Source of the DNA: a virus
Length of the DNA: 64,000 nt
Virus record (IMG/VR): IMGVR_UViG_3300027973_000032
Span: 1-64,000 of that record
Direction: 5' to 3' (one strand)
Position 1 is the stretch's first letter; every line of letters starts with the position of its first letter. Under the pieces are notes generated by a model. The model made no database searches, was not told where the DNA came from, and was given only the letters and a program-made list of their open reading frames with translations. Below, in pieces: positions 39,372 to 48,669 of the stretch. Made by a program: the position numbers and the translations under genes.

Positions 39372-40196
39372 TTATTTATCGTAGTCAAGCCATTCGTACA
39401 CATTCAACCATGCCCTACTCCCTATAGTTTCTTTGAGATGTTTTAGGTTGGCACAGGCATTGCTCCTGTTCTTCACATATTGATCTTTGGGCATGGGTTC
39501 TGTAATCACGGGTACTCCCTCTTGTTCAGCTATGTATTCGGCAATGTCCAAATAACTATGACTTAGTCCAGAACCCACATTCCATATACCTGATCCCTTG
39601 ACCTGTTGAATAAAGTCCCAATGCAATTTACATACGTCACCCACCCATACCCAATCTCTTTTGACTTTGTCAGCATTTTCCCATACTGTGACACGCCCCT
39701 CCTTACGTGCTTGTTGGCGCCATTGATGTATGGCATTGGTCTTATGTGCTTTGACATGCTGCCATTTACCATATACACTGAAGTATCTAAAACCTTGTAC
39801 AAAACTGGTATGAGCTCTTTGAAAAGCATATCTATCAAATAAGTATTTGCTCCATGCATAGGTACTTAATGGATTACAAGGAGCCATTTCCTCAAAGTTC
39901 TTAGTGTCACCATACACTGTGCTGCTGCTGGCATATTGCAGATTGACTCCTTGTCTTTGGCATTCATCCAATAGCCAACAACTGAAGTCATAGTTCTTGC
40001 CCAATATGCTTTCCACATCTGACTCCATTGAGTCATGTACATCGGCTAAATGTATTACCCAATCATATTGACGTACACTGGGCCTTGTGCTATCATCCCA
40101 CTCATACCCATCTACTTGCACACCTTCCTGTTTGTGTAGAAAGGACATCATGTTTCTTCCAACGAATCCCAAGTAGCCGGTGACTAATATCTTCAT
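39372..40196 (-). CDS. NAD-dependent epimerase, ADP-L-glycero-D-manno-heptose 6-epimerase (HldD/RfaD)-like
   Basis: TGYLGFVG, YASSSTVYG, YAWSK (YxxxK), GFRYFSVYG, RDWVWVGDV, GIWNVGSG. Confidence 0.8.
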   Translation of the reverse strand: MKILVTGYLGFVGRNMMSFLHKQEGVQVDGYEWDDSTRPSVRQYDWVIHLADVHDSMESDVESILGKNYDFSCWLLDECQRQGVNLQYASSSTVYGDTKNFEEMAPCNPLSTYAWSKYLFDRYAFQRAHTSFVQGFRYFSVYGKWQHVKAHKTNAIHQWRQQARKEGRVTVWENADKVKRDWVWVGDVCKLHWDFIQQVKGSGIWNVGSGLSHSYLDIAEYIAEQEGVPVITEPMPKDQYVKNRSNACANLKHLKETIGSRAWLNVYEWLDYDK

Positions 40197-40248
40197 AATA
40201 CACTCCTTGGTATTGACAGAAGCAAAGTTAACTAGTATTATTTACATT

Positions 40249-40722
40249 ATGAATCAAACAACATTTCCAGAACAATCACGTAGAATGACTGATGAAGAAG
40301 CAGAAACTTACTTCAGCACCATGCTAGATCAAATTAAAGAATTCAATCCCAATGAGATTGTGGCAGTGGCACGTAGCGGATTTAGCTATGCCATGTGGGT
40401 TGCTCAAGAACTTAGACTGCCATTAGGAGCATATTGGCATGAACGTGCTGAATTGTCTGTTGGCGGTGATCCAGAGCGTATTGTATTCGTTGATGACAAC
40501 ATACTCAGTGGTAACTCCTACAAGGATACCAAACTGTTTATGACTAGGTATTATCCAGACTGTGCTTGGCGATGGGCTGTGTTATTCAGTGACTGGAATA
40601 CTCCTGAGGATGTTAGAAACGAAATTATTCAAGGTGTTAGGTTGCCCTATTTCGCAATGGAACCTATGTGGGGCAGTAGGAAAATAAGTATAGATTATGG
40701 AGTTAGATACAGAGATGAATGA
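40249..40722 (+). CDS. Type I phosphoribosyltransferase-like protein
   Basis: IVAVARSG and IVFVDDNILSGNS PRPP loop; promoter TTGACA-17-TATTAT at 40213-40241. Confidence 0.8.
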   Translation: MNQTTFPEQSRRMTDEEAETYFSTMLDQIKEFNPNEIVAVARSGFSYAMWVAQELRLPLGAYWHERAELSVGGDPERIVFVDDNILSGNSYKDTKLFMTRYYPDCAWRWAVLFSDWNTPEDVRNEIIQGVRLPYFAMEPMWGSRKISIDYGVRYRDE

Positions 40723-41143
40723 AGAACGTAAAAACAAAACCGCATTTGATTTTGATGGCGTATTTGTGCCAGACTGCGAAAAGATTCCTACTATAGGTGA
40801 TACACTGGAATTTTTTGAATTGACCATGTACATGAAACCAATTTTTGAACCAGTTGGTGAATGGCACTTGCTCACTGCTAGATTGGCTGAACATGAGGAA
40901 ATTACCAAAAGTTGGCTGCTCAAACACTTTAAGAATCAGCCAAAAGAAATTTATCACAGTCGCACCAGTGATGAAGAACCAGAAGCATACAAGGCTAGAA
41001 TGATCAAAGAACACGACATTGATGTGTTTGTAGAAAGTGACCCTAGGACTGTGCGTCATATCCAAAGAGAATATCCAGATATGGCCGTGGTACACTTTGC
41101 TGACTTTTGCCAAATGTACTTGAACTATAACGCAGGTACTTGA
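40715..41143 (+). CDS. HAD-family phosphatase
   Basis: FDFDGVF, LTAR, K, FVESD motifs. Confidence 0.8.
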   Translation: MNEERKNKTAFDFDGVFVPDCEKIPTIGDTLEFFELTMYMKPIFEPVGEWHLLTARLAEHEEITKSWLLKHFKNQPKEIYHSRTSDEEPEAYKARMIKEHDIDVFVESDPRTVRHIQREYPDMAVVHFADFCQMYLNYNAGT

Positions 41144-41199
41144 CTTAGATAGCGTTTTCGCATATAATGTAAATGTTGTCAACTTATACACTTACAGAT

Positions 41200-41451
41200 A
41201 TGCGAAAACTACTTATTAGCTTACTGGCCATTAACTTAACTGCTTGTGGTTCTTTGCCACAGCCATTGTGCCCCGGAACTAGAGAATACGACATTCAAGT
41301 TTGCCGAGGTGAAAAAGCCTTTAGAGTTCCAAACTTTTATGGCGAGGCACAACAACGCTATGAAAAATGCTTGCAATGCATTGATGTAGATCAAAATTGC
41401 TACCATATAAATCCTCCAAAACAATGCAAGATTAATAACTGGAAGTATTAA
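41200..41451 (+). CDS. Cys-rich lipoprotein
   Basis: MRKLLISLLAINLTAC lipobox; promoter TTGACT-17-TATAAT at 41140-41168. Confidence 0.7.
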   Translation: MRKLLISLLAINLTACGSLPQPLCPGTREYDIQVCRGEKAFRVPNFYGEAQQRYEKCLQCIDVDQNCYHINPPKQCKINNWKY

Positions 41452-41654
41452 TGAAGATTACTAACGTAGATGTTGGTTTGTTCAAACTACCAGGTGTGGT
41501 GCTTGATCGAGAAGAACTCAACGAAGAACGACTTCTCGAAATACAGACTTGGTGCATAGAACATAATTGTGGCAAACAAATGACTGACATCATGTGGAGC
41601 TTCAAAAAAGCCAGTCATCGTGACCTGTTTATCCTGCACTGGAACGATCAATGA
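41451..41654 (+). CDS. FxLRW-family small protein 1
   Basis: TWC...WSFKKASHRDLFILHW. Confidence 0.75.
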   Translation: MKITNVDVGLFKLPGVVLDREELNEERLLEIQTWCIEHNCGKQMTDIMWSFKKASHRDLFILHWNDQ

Positions 41655-41872
41655 AGCCCTGCTCCTTCAAATATGCTGCCAATATAGATGGCTATTCTGA
41701 TAGTATCTGGGGCAGAGTCATTAATTACTACTATGACCACGTTCACTTTGAAAAATATGGCAACACTTTTAACTCTTGGTTAGCCAAAGATTATAGGGCT
41801 AGGATAGAAGGCGGCAGTATCATCTTTGATGATGAGAAATATATGAATTGGTTCATGCTTAAATTTCAATGA
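41651..41872 (+). CDS. FxLRW-family small protein 2
   Basis: IIFDDEKYMNWFMLKF; ATGA overlaps. Confidence 0.75.
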   Translation: MKPCSFKYAANIDGYSDSIWGRVINYYYDHVHFEKYGNTFNSWLAKDYRARIEGGSIIFDDEKYMNWFMLKFQ

Positions 41873-42105
41873 GGAAGCCTAAGTTAATTTGGGTTGACAC
41901 TGAAGACCCACTAATCTTGGCTGCAAGAATGAATGCTAGCTATGTTTACGATGGAGCAGAATGCGATCCAGTGTTTAACGAACAGACCATGGACCCTATA
42001 CAGGAGTGGTGTCGTCAAACTAACTGCGGTGTACGCATAAGCTTTGACATGTTTCGTTTTAAAAATCAAGCACACAAAACCATGTTCTTGTTGAGGTGGG
42101 GATGA
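41869..42105 (+). CDS. FxLRW-family small protein 3
   Basis: EWC...FRFKNQAHKTMFLLRWG. Confidence 0.75.
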   Translation: MRKPKLIWVDTEDPLILAARMNASYVYDGAECDPVFNEQTMDPIQEWCRQTNCGVRISFDMFRFKNQAHKTMFLLRWG

Positions 42106-42338
42106 TAAATGAATTGAGTGGCTGGCATGTGGCCAGTATAATACCACCTGTGGATGTGACTTTCAATGGCAAATATAGATATCAAGGTTGGATGCCCTGC
42201 ATCAAATGGTGTGTGGAGACATTTGGTGGAGGTATAGGAGCCTCAGCATGGGGTCCTGGATGGCGCTTTGTAGGTGAAGGTGTATTTGAATTTCGCGATG
42301 AAAAAGACAAGACTTGGTTCCTACTGAGATGGGGTTGA
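42102..42338 (+). CDS. FxLRW-family small protein 4
   Basis: KWC..TFG...FEFRDEKDKTWFLLRWG. Confidence 0.75.
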   Translation: MINELSGWHVASIIPPVDVTFNGKYRYQGWMPCIKWCVETFGGGIGASAWGPGWRFVGEGVFEFRDEKDKTWFLLRWG

Positions 42339-42339
42339 C

Positions 42340-42558
42340 ATGCCCACAGTGACTCTGCATAATAAAACATCTTTTGAAATTAGCCAAATTGTACACGAAC
42401 TAAAACATAAGGGATTAATTGCCAATGAACATTATGAATATAAATTCTTCCCTGCTCATTGGGAACAAGAACCCCCACATAGACAATACGACAAAAAGAC
42501 TGAATTCACTTTTAAAGAAGAAAAATACGCAACTTGGTTATTGCTAAAATACTCATGA
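42340..42558 (+). CDS. FxLRW-family small protein 5
   Basis: FTFKEEKYATWLLLKYS. Confidence 0.75.
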   Translation: MPTVTLHNKTSFEISQIVHELKHKGLIANEHYEYKFFPAHWEQEPPHRQYDKKTEFTFKEEKYATWLLLKYS

Positions 42559-42776
42559 GCAAGACTGACAATTGGCATTCCGTGATCACTGACAAGAAAG
42601 ATCATTGGCAGACTATTGAATGGTGTACTAAACAGTTTGGTCAACGATGGAGTGCTGTGGATAATCGAGATGGCGTATGGTGTTGCTTTTGGGCTGGACG
42701 AGAACAATTTAGTTCATATATTTGGCATTTCGAACATGACCGTGATGCCATATGGTTTAAACTGAGGTGGCTATGA
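42555..42776 (+). CDS. FxLRW-family small protein 6
   Basis: EWC..QFG...WHFEHDRDAIWFKLRWL. Confidence 0.75.
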   Translation: MSKTDNWHSVITDKKDHWQTIEWCTKQFGQRWSAVDNRDGVWCCFWAGREQFSSYIWHFEHDRDAIWFKLRWL

Positions 42777-43084
42777 AATTTAGAATTGATAGAACAGATA
42801 GAAGACATACTGGACACGAAGAATTTAAATGGTGCATAAAGGCCTATGGTGATTGGCGTAATCATAACCAAATTGACAAACTGTCCAGCTTGTTTGAACT
42901 GAGAGAATGGGCGTGGACTACTTGGGGACCTAGTTGCGAACGTGACTTCTGGCTCCATATCCTGCGATACAACCCTGATTGTGCGTTAAATACTCACTGG
43001 TGCTGGCATACAGAATATAAAGAAACTAAACTGTACCTTCGCACCGACAAAGAAGCCAATTGGTTTAAACTGAGATGGCAATAA
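42773..43084 (+). CDS. FxLRW-family small protein 7
   Basis: EWAWTTWG...LYLRTDKEANWFKLRWQ. Confidence 0.75.
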   Translation: MKFRIDRTDRRHTGHEEFKWCIKAYGDWRNHNQIDKLSSLFELREWAWTTWGPSCERDFWLHILRYNPDCALNTHWCWHTEYKETKLYLRTDKEANWFKLRWQ

Positions 43085-43094
43085 AGGAAAAAAT

Positions 43095-43379
43095 ATGTTA
43101 GACAAAGTCAAAGCCTTTTGGCGTAATAGTTATACTTCAGATAGAACTGCTTTCTATTTGGAAATGATGGCATCAATCTTCGTTGTGGGAACTACTAGCA
43201 GCATTGCTTGGTTCGCCCAACACCCACCCATGCATTTGATTTATCCTGTGAGCTTTTTGGGTGCCTGCTTTAGTATCGCCGCATACTGGCGTAGACAACT
43301 AGCTTGGCCATTCTTGCTTACTTGCTACTTTGCTTGCATCCACATATTTGGATTCACTCGCGCTATGGGATGGATCTAA
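43095..43379 (+). CDS. Small three-helix membrane protein
   Basis: AAGGA SD; three hydrophobic segments. Confidence 0.7.
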   Translation: MLDKVKAFWRNSYTSDRTAFYLEMMASIFVVGTTSSIAWFAQHPPMHLIYPVSFLGACFSIAAYWRRQLAWPFLLTCYFACIHIFGFTRAMGWI

Positions 43380-44161
43380 TGGCCAGTATATTTAAATTCC
43401 CAGAGGAAATGGATCGTCAGGAGTTTGTTAAACTGATTCCTAAACCTGCTCGTATCTTAGAGATTGGACCATACAACAATCCAGGACTGAGTAAGGCTAA
43501 CTACCCCAATCTCAAGTACATGGATATCTTTACCAGCGAACAGATCAGTCTTGATCAGACTCGCTATACGCATACAGTAGAAATCCCTAGCATTGACATC
43601 ATTGCTGATCCCAAAGCCACGCCAACATTTAGCACAGACTTAAAGTTTGATTTTATCTTCAGTGCCCATAACATTGAACACTACCCAGACATTATCACAC
43701 ACTTAAAAGAAGCTGCTACATTGGCTGCTAGCCCCAATACCAAATACTTTTTGGCTGTGCCAGATCGTAGATACTGCTTTGATTACTATCAACAAGAAAG
43801 CTGTTTCAGTGATATGATAACTGCTTTTCAATTAGGCCTTAAAACTCACACAGCAGCTTCATATATCAAACACAGACTATATTCCACACATAACAATATT
43901 TGGGCACATTGGATGGGCGATCACGGTGAAGATCCAAGAGCCAAAGATACTGATCTGTTAGAAATAGAAAGGGCCACAATACGAGCACTAGATCCTAAAA
44001 CTGATTTTGCCGATGTTCATGCTTGGGTATTTACAAATGAAAGTTTTCAACGTACAATTAATACACTTTATGATTTGAAGTTGCAGCCTTGGCATGTGGA
44101 TATTGTGTCCAAACCCAAGGAAATGACTCCAGAATTTTATGCAGTTATGAGTTTAAAATGA
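43379..44161 (+). CDS. Class I SAM-dependent methyltransferase-like protein
   Basis: ILEIGP, FDFIFSAHNIEHYPD, LAVPDRRYCFD, DVHAWVF. Confidence 0.8.
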   Translation: MASIFKFPEEMDRQEFVKLIPKPARILEIGPYNNPGLSKANYPNLKYMDIFTSEQISLDQTRYTHTVEIPSIDIIADPKATPTFSTDLKFDFIFSAHNIEHYPDIITHLKEAATLAASPNTKYFLAVPDRRYCFDYYQQESCFSDMITAFQLGLKTHTAASYIKHRLYSTHNNIWAHWMGDHGEDPRAKDTDLLEIERATIRALDPKTDFADVHAWVFTNESFQRTINTLYDLKLQPWHVDIVSKPKEMTPEFYAVMSLK

Positions 44162-44535
44162 TCAACCAAATTTCATCAAATACACACTATCTTCACGTGA
44201 ATCTTTCTGGATCAAACGGCCCACACATCAGCCCTGGTAGTAGTGGTGCAGGTCAAGTACGTTATAACCCTAGCATGAATAGACTAGAAGTCAATGACGG
44301 TGCTGTTTGGTTAGAACTAAGAAACCCAAACGTTGAACTATCATTGAGCACACAGGCCAAAAAGGCCATCGACTGGGCATTACGTAAAATGGAAGTAGAA
44401 ACTGAACGTGAACGTCGTGCTCAAGACAACCCTGCCCTACAAAAAGCACTAGAAGCTGTTCGTCGTGCTGAAGAACAATACGAATTGATTGACCAACTTG
44501 TGGGCAAAGACAGTGTCGACTACCACCGAGTCTAA
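44158..44535 (+). CDS. Hypothetical protein
   Basis: ATGA overlap; GQVRYN...EVNDG..W motif plus coiled coil. Confidence 0.7.
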   Translation: MINQISSNTHYLHVNLSGSNGPHISPGSSGAGQVRYNPSMNRLEVNDGAVWLELRNPNVELSLSTQAKKAIDWALRKMEVETERERRAQDNPALQKALEAVRRAEEQYELIDQLVGKDSVDYHRV

Positions 44536-44788
44536 CATCAAATGTATTGTACATAGAATTACCTTGGGCGATGTAGACGATCCAGAAATCTACATTGCCC
44601 TTCCTTTATACGATTGGCAAAATAGCGAAGAAGGTAATTGGATAATGGCACACTCAGTAGAAACTCCTTACTGGAAGGCCAGTCTATTTCCAATTACTGC
44701 ATACGGCATACAATACGACATTGTGGCTGTGTTCACTCCCAAAGATCATACGTTCTGGATGCTCAAATGGGGCGCAGATAAGCGTTGA
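44489..44788 (+). CDS. FxLRW-family-related protein 8 (start uncertain)
   Basis: GDVDDPEIY...VFTPKDHTFWMLKWG. Confidence 0.65.
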   Translation: MTNLWAKTVSTTTESNIKCIVHRITLGDVDDPEIYIALPLYDWQNSEEGNWIMAHSVETPYWKASLFPITAYGIQYDIVAVFTPKDHTFWMLKWGADKR

Positions 44789-44837
44789 CAACGGACTCCT
44801 AATCGTGTATAATACATGCTCAACTTAGGAGTTTACC

Positions 44838-45053
44838 ATGACTGATGAAAAGACCGTTGACCGCTTTGATCTTGAACAGGGCATCCAACAGTGTTGGGGC
44901 ATTACTGACGACATCATGTTACTACTTGAACAAGAAGCTGGCCCAGATGATTTTGCCAACTTGGCTAGTTTCTATAACTTTAAATTCGAAAAGCTTTGGA
45001 AGACTTTTGAAGCTATGGTTGCCACTAAACAATTTGTCGAGACTCAGCAATGA
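44838..45053 (+). CDS. Hypothetical protein
   Basis: Consensus promoter TTGACA-17-TATAAT at 44785-44813, AGGAG SD. Confidence 0.75.
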   Translation: MTDEKTVDRFDLEQGIQQCWGITDDIMLLLEQEAGPDDFANLASFYNFKFEKLWKTFEAMVATKQFVETQQ

Positions 45054-45211
45054 TTATTGAATTAGATCGCGAAACCATTAGTGACGAACTCTACAACAAA
45101 CTGCTCCAACACTTTGTTAACAAGGCTGTGGAGCAGGGCGTATTCGTAACCAAACACACCAAGTTTGAAGACTGGGTATTAACTGCTCGCGTAGAGTCAT
45201 TGGTTCATTAA
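45050..45211 (+). CDS. 53-aa hypothetical protein
   Basis: ATGA and TAATG overlaps with neighbours (MIIELDRETISDEL...). Confidence 0.6.
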   Translation: MIIELDRETISDELYNKLLQHFVNKAVEQGVFVTKHTKFEDWVLTARVESLVH

Positions 45212-45441
45212 TGTTAAACAACATACTAAAGTGGACTGCCTGTGTCCTATGTTGCTTAGGCGCATTGGGCACCAGTCTACAAAAACTTGACATACTGGCT
45301 GCTAGTTCACTGAACTTAGTTTGCTTAACTGTGAGTGCTGTACTCTATTTGACATGGAGCATACGCATTCGTGAACTTAATTTGATCATAGTGAACGCTA
45401 TGGTACTAGTATGTTGGGGCATAGGACTCATACCAAAATGA
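45211..45441 (+). CDS. Small membrane protein
   Basis: Three hydrophobic segments. Confidence 0.65.
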   Translation: MLNNILKWTACVLCCLGALGTSLQKLDILAASSLNLVCLTVSAVLYLTWSIRIRELNLIIVNAMVLVCWGIGLIPK

Positions 45442-45806
45442 GTAAGATTAGATATAGTACTAATTGGATGGGCCCAGTCAGTATGAATTGGTATGAACAA
45501 CGCGGCCTTGTTGAAACTAAAATAGTCACACTGGAAGAGGACTCTGCTTTCAGTGGACTTAAGGCTGGCGAACAATATGAGTCTCGAGAAATTACCACAC
45601 ATTATAGTTGTGGCCGTATTGATATCATGGGTACTGACGATCCCTATGGTGATGAAATAGGCGTACCTCCCATGCAGAGTGAAGACTGGGCTAGGTTTGG
45701 CGATTGGCTTGAAACTTTTGAAACTGATGCGGTTTGGACATTGGATCAACTAGTGGAACTATACGAACGAGCCAACCCTAAGATTAGGTGGGATAAAAAT
45801 GATTGA
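45438..45806 (+). CDS. Hypothetical protein
   Basis: ATGA-coupled ORF. Confidence 0.7.
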   Translation: MSKIRYSTNWMGPVSMNWYEQRGLVETKIVTLEEDSAFSGLKAGEQYESREITTHYSCGRIDIMGTDDPYGDEIGVPPMQSEDWARFGDWLETFETDAVWTLDQLVELYERANPKIRWDKND

Positions 45807-46218
45807 CTGTTTGATATTAGGTGATAGTATTGCTGTAGGCCTATACCACCATGTGGCTCCTTGTGAGTCACTGAGCAAAGGTGGCTGGAACACTTGGCAA
45901 TGGAATAGAGATTATCTCAAATATGATCTTACTGCTCAAACGGTAATCATCAGTTTAGGCAGCAATGATCATAAGTACATTCGAACACAAGAAGAACTAG
46001 AAAAGTTGAGAGCCAAAGTAAAAGCAGGCCGCGTATTTTGGATTCTACCACACGGCAATTTGCCTGCTGGCGGTGTACCTATTGAAGAAATTCAACGCAT
46101 AGTCAAAGTAATAGCTGCCTTACACGGTGACACAGTGGTGCCAATCACTCGTGTGCAATCAGATAAAATTCATCCAAGCTGGGCTGGATATAAAGAACTA
46201 GCCCGTGTTGTAAAATAA
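45799..46218 (+). CDS. Minimal SGNH/GDSL hydrolase
   Basis: LGDSIAVG, SLGSND, DKIHP. Confidence 0.85.
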   Translation: MIDCLILGDSIAVGLYHHVAPCESLSKGGWNTWQWNRDYLKYDLTAQTVIISLGSNDHKYIRTQEELEKLRAKVKAGRVFWILPHGNLPAGGVPIEEIQRIVKVIAALHGDTVVPITRVQSDKIHPSWAGYKELARVVK

Positions 46219-46284
46219 ACACCGTTGACAACATCCATCTCTGATGTTATACTAATGACTTAGTAAACAGTTTGGAGTTGAATC

Positions 46285-46515
46285 GTGAACGAACTATTTG
46301 AACAACTTGCTATTGATTGTGCTGGACAATTAGAATGGGACTTTCCCAAACCTCCAGCATCTTTTACTTTCAATCGTGAAGAACTGATCAAATTCTACAA
46401 GTGTATTGTCTACGATGTTCTAAGCGAATTGACCAACGATGACTCATTAGGAAGCCCAAGGATTGACACTATTCGCCGACTGGCAGAACGATATGGTGTG
46501 GCAAACAATGAATAA
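46285..46515 (+). CDS. MNE..KFAELIV family paralog 1 (divergent)
   Basis: MNELFEQLA...KFYKCIV...ERYGV; promoter TTGACA-17-TATACT at 46225-46253. Confidence 0.65.
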   Translation: MNELFEQLAIDCAGQLEWDFPKPPASFTFNREELIKFYKCIVYDVLSELTNDDSLGSPRIDTIRRLAERYGVANNE

Positions 46516-46717
46516 AGTAATTAGAGAATTGGCTGAACAAGTATATGGTTCAGCACACTATGATGATTTCAAGTTTGCCGAGTTGATTGTTCGGGAATGT
46601 ATGAGAATGTGTGAGGTTGCTCAAGTAGGGTATCTTACACACGGACTAGAAAAAGAAGCATCGGGTGCTTTTTCTGTCAAACAATACATTGAAGAATATC
46701 TAGGAGTTGACGAATGA
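46508..46717 (+). CDS. MNE..KFAELIV family paralog 2
   Basis: MNKVIRELAEQ...KFAELIVREC...LGVDE. Confidence 0.7.
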   Translation: MNKVIRELAEQVYGSAHYDDFKFAELIVRECMRMCEVAQVGYLTHGLEKEASGAFSVKQYIEEYLGVDE

Positions 46718-46983
46718 ACGAACGAATTAAACTACTTGCTCTACAGGCTGGTGACTATGTTAATGAAGTATATACTCCTCCACCTGTTAGAAGCAAGACT
46801 CCTGGCAAGATTTGGGAAGATGGACATATAGATTGGCATACTCAATTTAATGAAAAATTTGCAGAGTTGATTGTGCGAGAATGTTTGGACATTGTTAATA
46901 GACACGAGTACAGTTATCATGAGGCTGATCCACTTTGGGAAACTGCACAACTGATTAAAGAACGTTTTGGAGTTGAACGATGA
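46714..46983 (+). CDS. MNE..KFAELIV family paralog 3
   Basis: MNERIKLLALQAG...KFAELIVREC...FGVER. Confidence 0.7.
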   Translation: MNERIKLLALQAGDYVNEVYTPPPVRSKTPGKIWEDGHIDWHTQFNEKFAELIVRECLDIVNRHEYSYHEADPLWETAQLIKERFGVER

Positions 46984-47183
46984 ACGAACTAATAGAACAT
47001 ATACACGATACTGGCATTAGCTTGCCAGAAGACCTAACCGACTATCAACTACGCATCCTATGCGAAGTCATCATTAGATACTGTGACGAACAGGTAAAAA
47101 ACAGTCTATGGGCCGAACCTGGCGATCTGTTAGATCACTTTGAACTGGATCGTCTTGACCGTGACGAGGAGGATGAACTATGA
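46980..47183 (+). CDS. MNE..KFAELIV family paralog 4 (divergent)
   Basis: MNELIEHI...LCEVIIRYC. Confidence 0.55.
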   Translation: MNELIEHIHDTGISLPEDLTDYQLRILCEVIIRYCDEQVKNSLWAEPGDLLDHFELDRLDRDEEDEL

Positions 47184-47300
47184 TTTGGAGCGCCCTAGTA
47201 TTTGGATTTTTCTCAGTGTTTGGCTGGAATACTGGTCAAAAGGTCTGGGATAAGTACATTGAACCTCGAACTGAAGCACACACACCAAAGGAACAAAAAG

Positions 47301-47588
47301 ATGACACAGGGAACTTGCCCCGTTTGTAACGGCACAACTCGTACACCAGCAGATGGATACTTACACACTCGAAGCCATATCTCAGGCTATGACAAAGACA
47401 CAGATACCTTCCCCTGCACAAATTGTGGCGGACAATATATGTACGGGAAACCCCGTGGCACTGTGCCTCTTCGCCCAGATGGCACACCCTGCAAGCATGA
47501 TTACACAAGCTCTAACGCAGGACGATGCCTCACTAACTACCAATGTAAATACTGCAACGACAGCTACCAAATTGACAGCGGAGACTAA
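47301..47588 (+). CDS. Zinc-finger protein
   Basis: CPVC, CTNC, CKH, CKYC; AAGGA SD. Confidence 0.7.
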   Translation: MTQGTCPVCNGTTRTPADGYLHTRSHISGYDKDTDTFPCTNCGGQYMYGKPRGTVPLRPDGTPCKHDYTSSNAGRCLTNYQCKYCNDSYQIDSGD

Positions 47589-47778
47589 ATGAAAACAATC
47601 ATTGCACTGGCCTTGGCATTGAACTGCTTGACCTCAATGAGCATGGCCTTAGATAAAGACAAATATTGCCCAATGGGTCAACAACGAGTGCTAGTGTCAG
47701 AATGGCATCGTACTGGCACAGGGCCTTGGCAACGAACTAGCTACTGGATTTGCCAATCATAATATTTAAGGTTAATAA

Positions 47779-48072
47779 ATGAAAATAATGAGTGATACTG
47801 TACTATGCAAAGATTGTAAACATAGTTTTACACCTTGGCACGCTTGGCTTCAACCAAGTAAATATGCACTACATTGCCGAAAGACCTTGGTGGCTACCCA
47901 TACAAATATAGACCCAGTTATTGGTGAGGTTGAAGTAAAATCCCATTACCAAACTTGTCAAACAAATAGACTACGTAGCTTTAAAGACGAAACTTGTGGT
48001 CCAGATGGTCGAAACTGGGAACCAAAACGTCGTCAAGATCTTTTTAAATATATCAAACACGTGAGCACATAA
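47779..48072 (+). CDS. Cys-containing hypothetical protein
   Basis: LCKDCKH...C...C...CGPDG.NWEPK. Confidence 0.7.
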   Translation: MKIMSDTVLCKDCKHSFTPWHAWLQPSKYALHCRKTLVATHTNIDPVIGEVEVKSHYQTCQTNRLRSFKDETCGPDGRNWEPKRRQDLFKYIKHVST

Positions 48073-48260
48073 TGAAAATAATGATTGATCCCCAAAATGG
48101 TTGGGAATACGACTTTCCCAAAGAATACGATCCTGATCGTGATGGCACAGACTTCTTTGCTTGGCTACTAAGAGAAGGCTATCCACAACATATGATCGAC
48201 TATACTATTGAAATACACGGTGCTTTTAAATATCGTAGCTGGGTTTCAGAAAGAGACTAA
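48072..48260 (+). CDS. Hypothetical protein
   Basis: TAATG coupling; IDP..GWEYDFPK...WL..EGYP. Confidence 0.65.
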   Translation: MKIMIDPQNGWEYDFPKEYDPDRDGTDFFAWLLREGYPQHMIDYTIEIHGAFKYRSWVSERD

Positions 48261-48261
48261 C

Positions 48262-48633
48262 ATGGAAATTATTGAACCAATCGTCATGTGCGCCATAGTA
48301 TTCATTGTTGGTTACATACTGGGCCAACATCATGCTATAGATAATATCACAGACAAACTCATAGAAGATCCAGAAGGTTTTGTTAATCTAATAAAGAAAG
48401 CTAAAGCCGCAGACACTGAAACATTGGAACTAAGCCGAGACAAAGGCGTTATCTACTGCTTTGGATCTAACAAAGGATTCCTAGCACAGGCTGAAGATCT
48501 CGACACATTGGCCCAACGTATACGAGAAGCCCTACCCGGCAAAAGCTATCTCATCCCTGCACAGAAAGACTTTACCACAGACGAACTTTATAATTTGGCA
48601 AAACTCCTACAGAAAAACGTTGACAAAGCTTAA
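48262..48633 (+). CDS. N-terminally membrane-anchored hypothetical protein
   Basis: IVMCAIVFIVGYILG then soluble domain. Confidence 0.65.
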   Translation: MEIIEPIVMCAIVFIVGYILGQHHAIDNITDKLIEDPEGFVNLIKKAKAADTETLELSRDKGVIYCFGSNKGFLAQAEDLDTLAQRIREALPGKSYLIPAQKDFTTDELYNLAKLLQKNVDKA

Positions 48634-48669
48634 ACAAATTAGTATAATTGCTACTCACAGGAGAACTTT

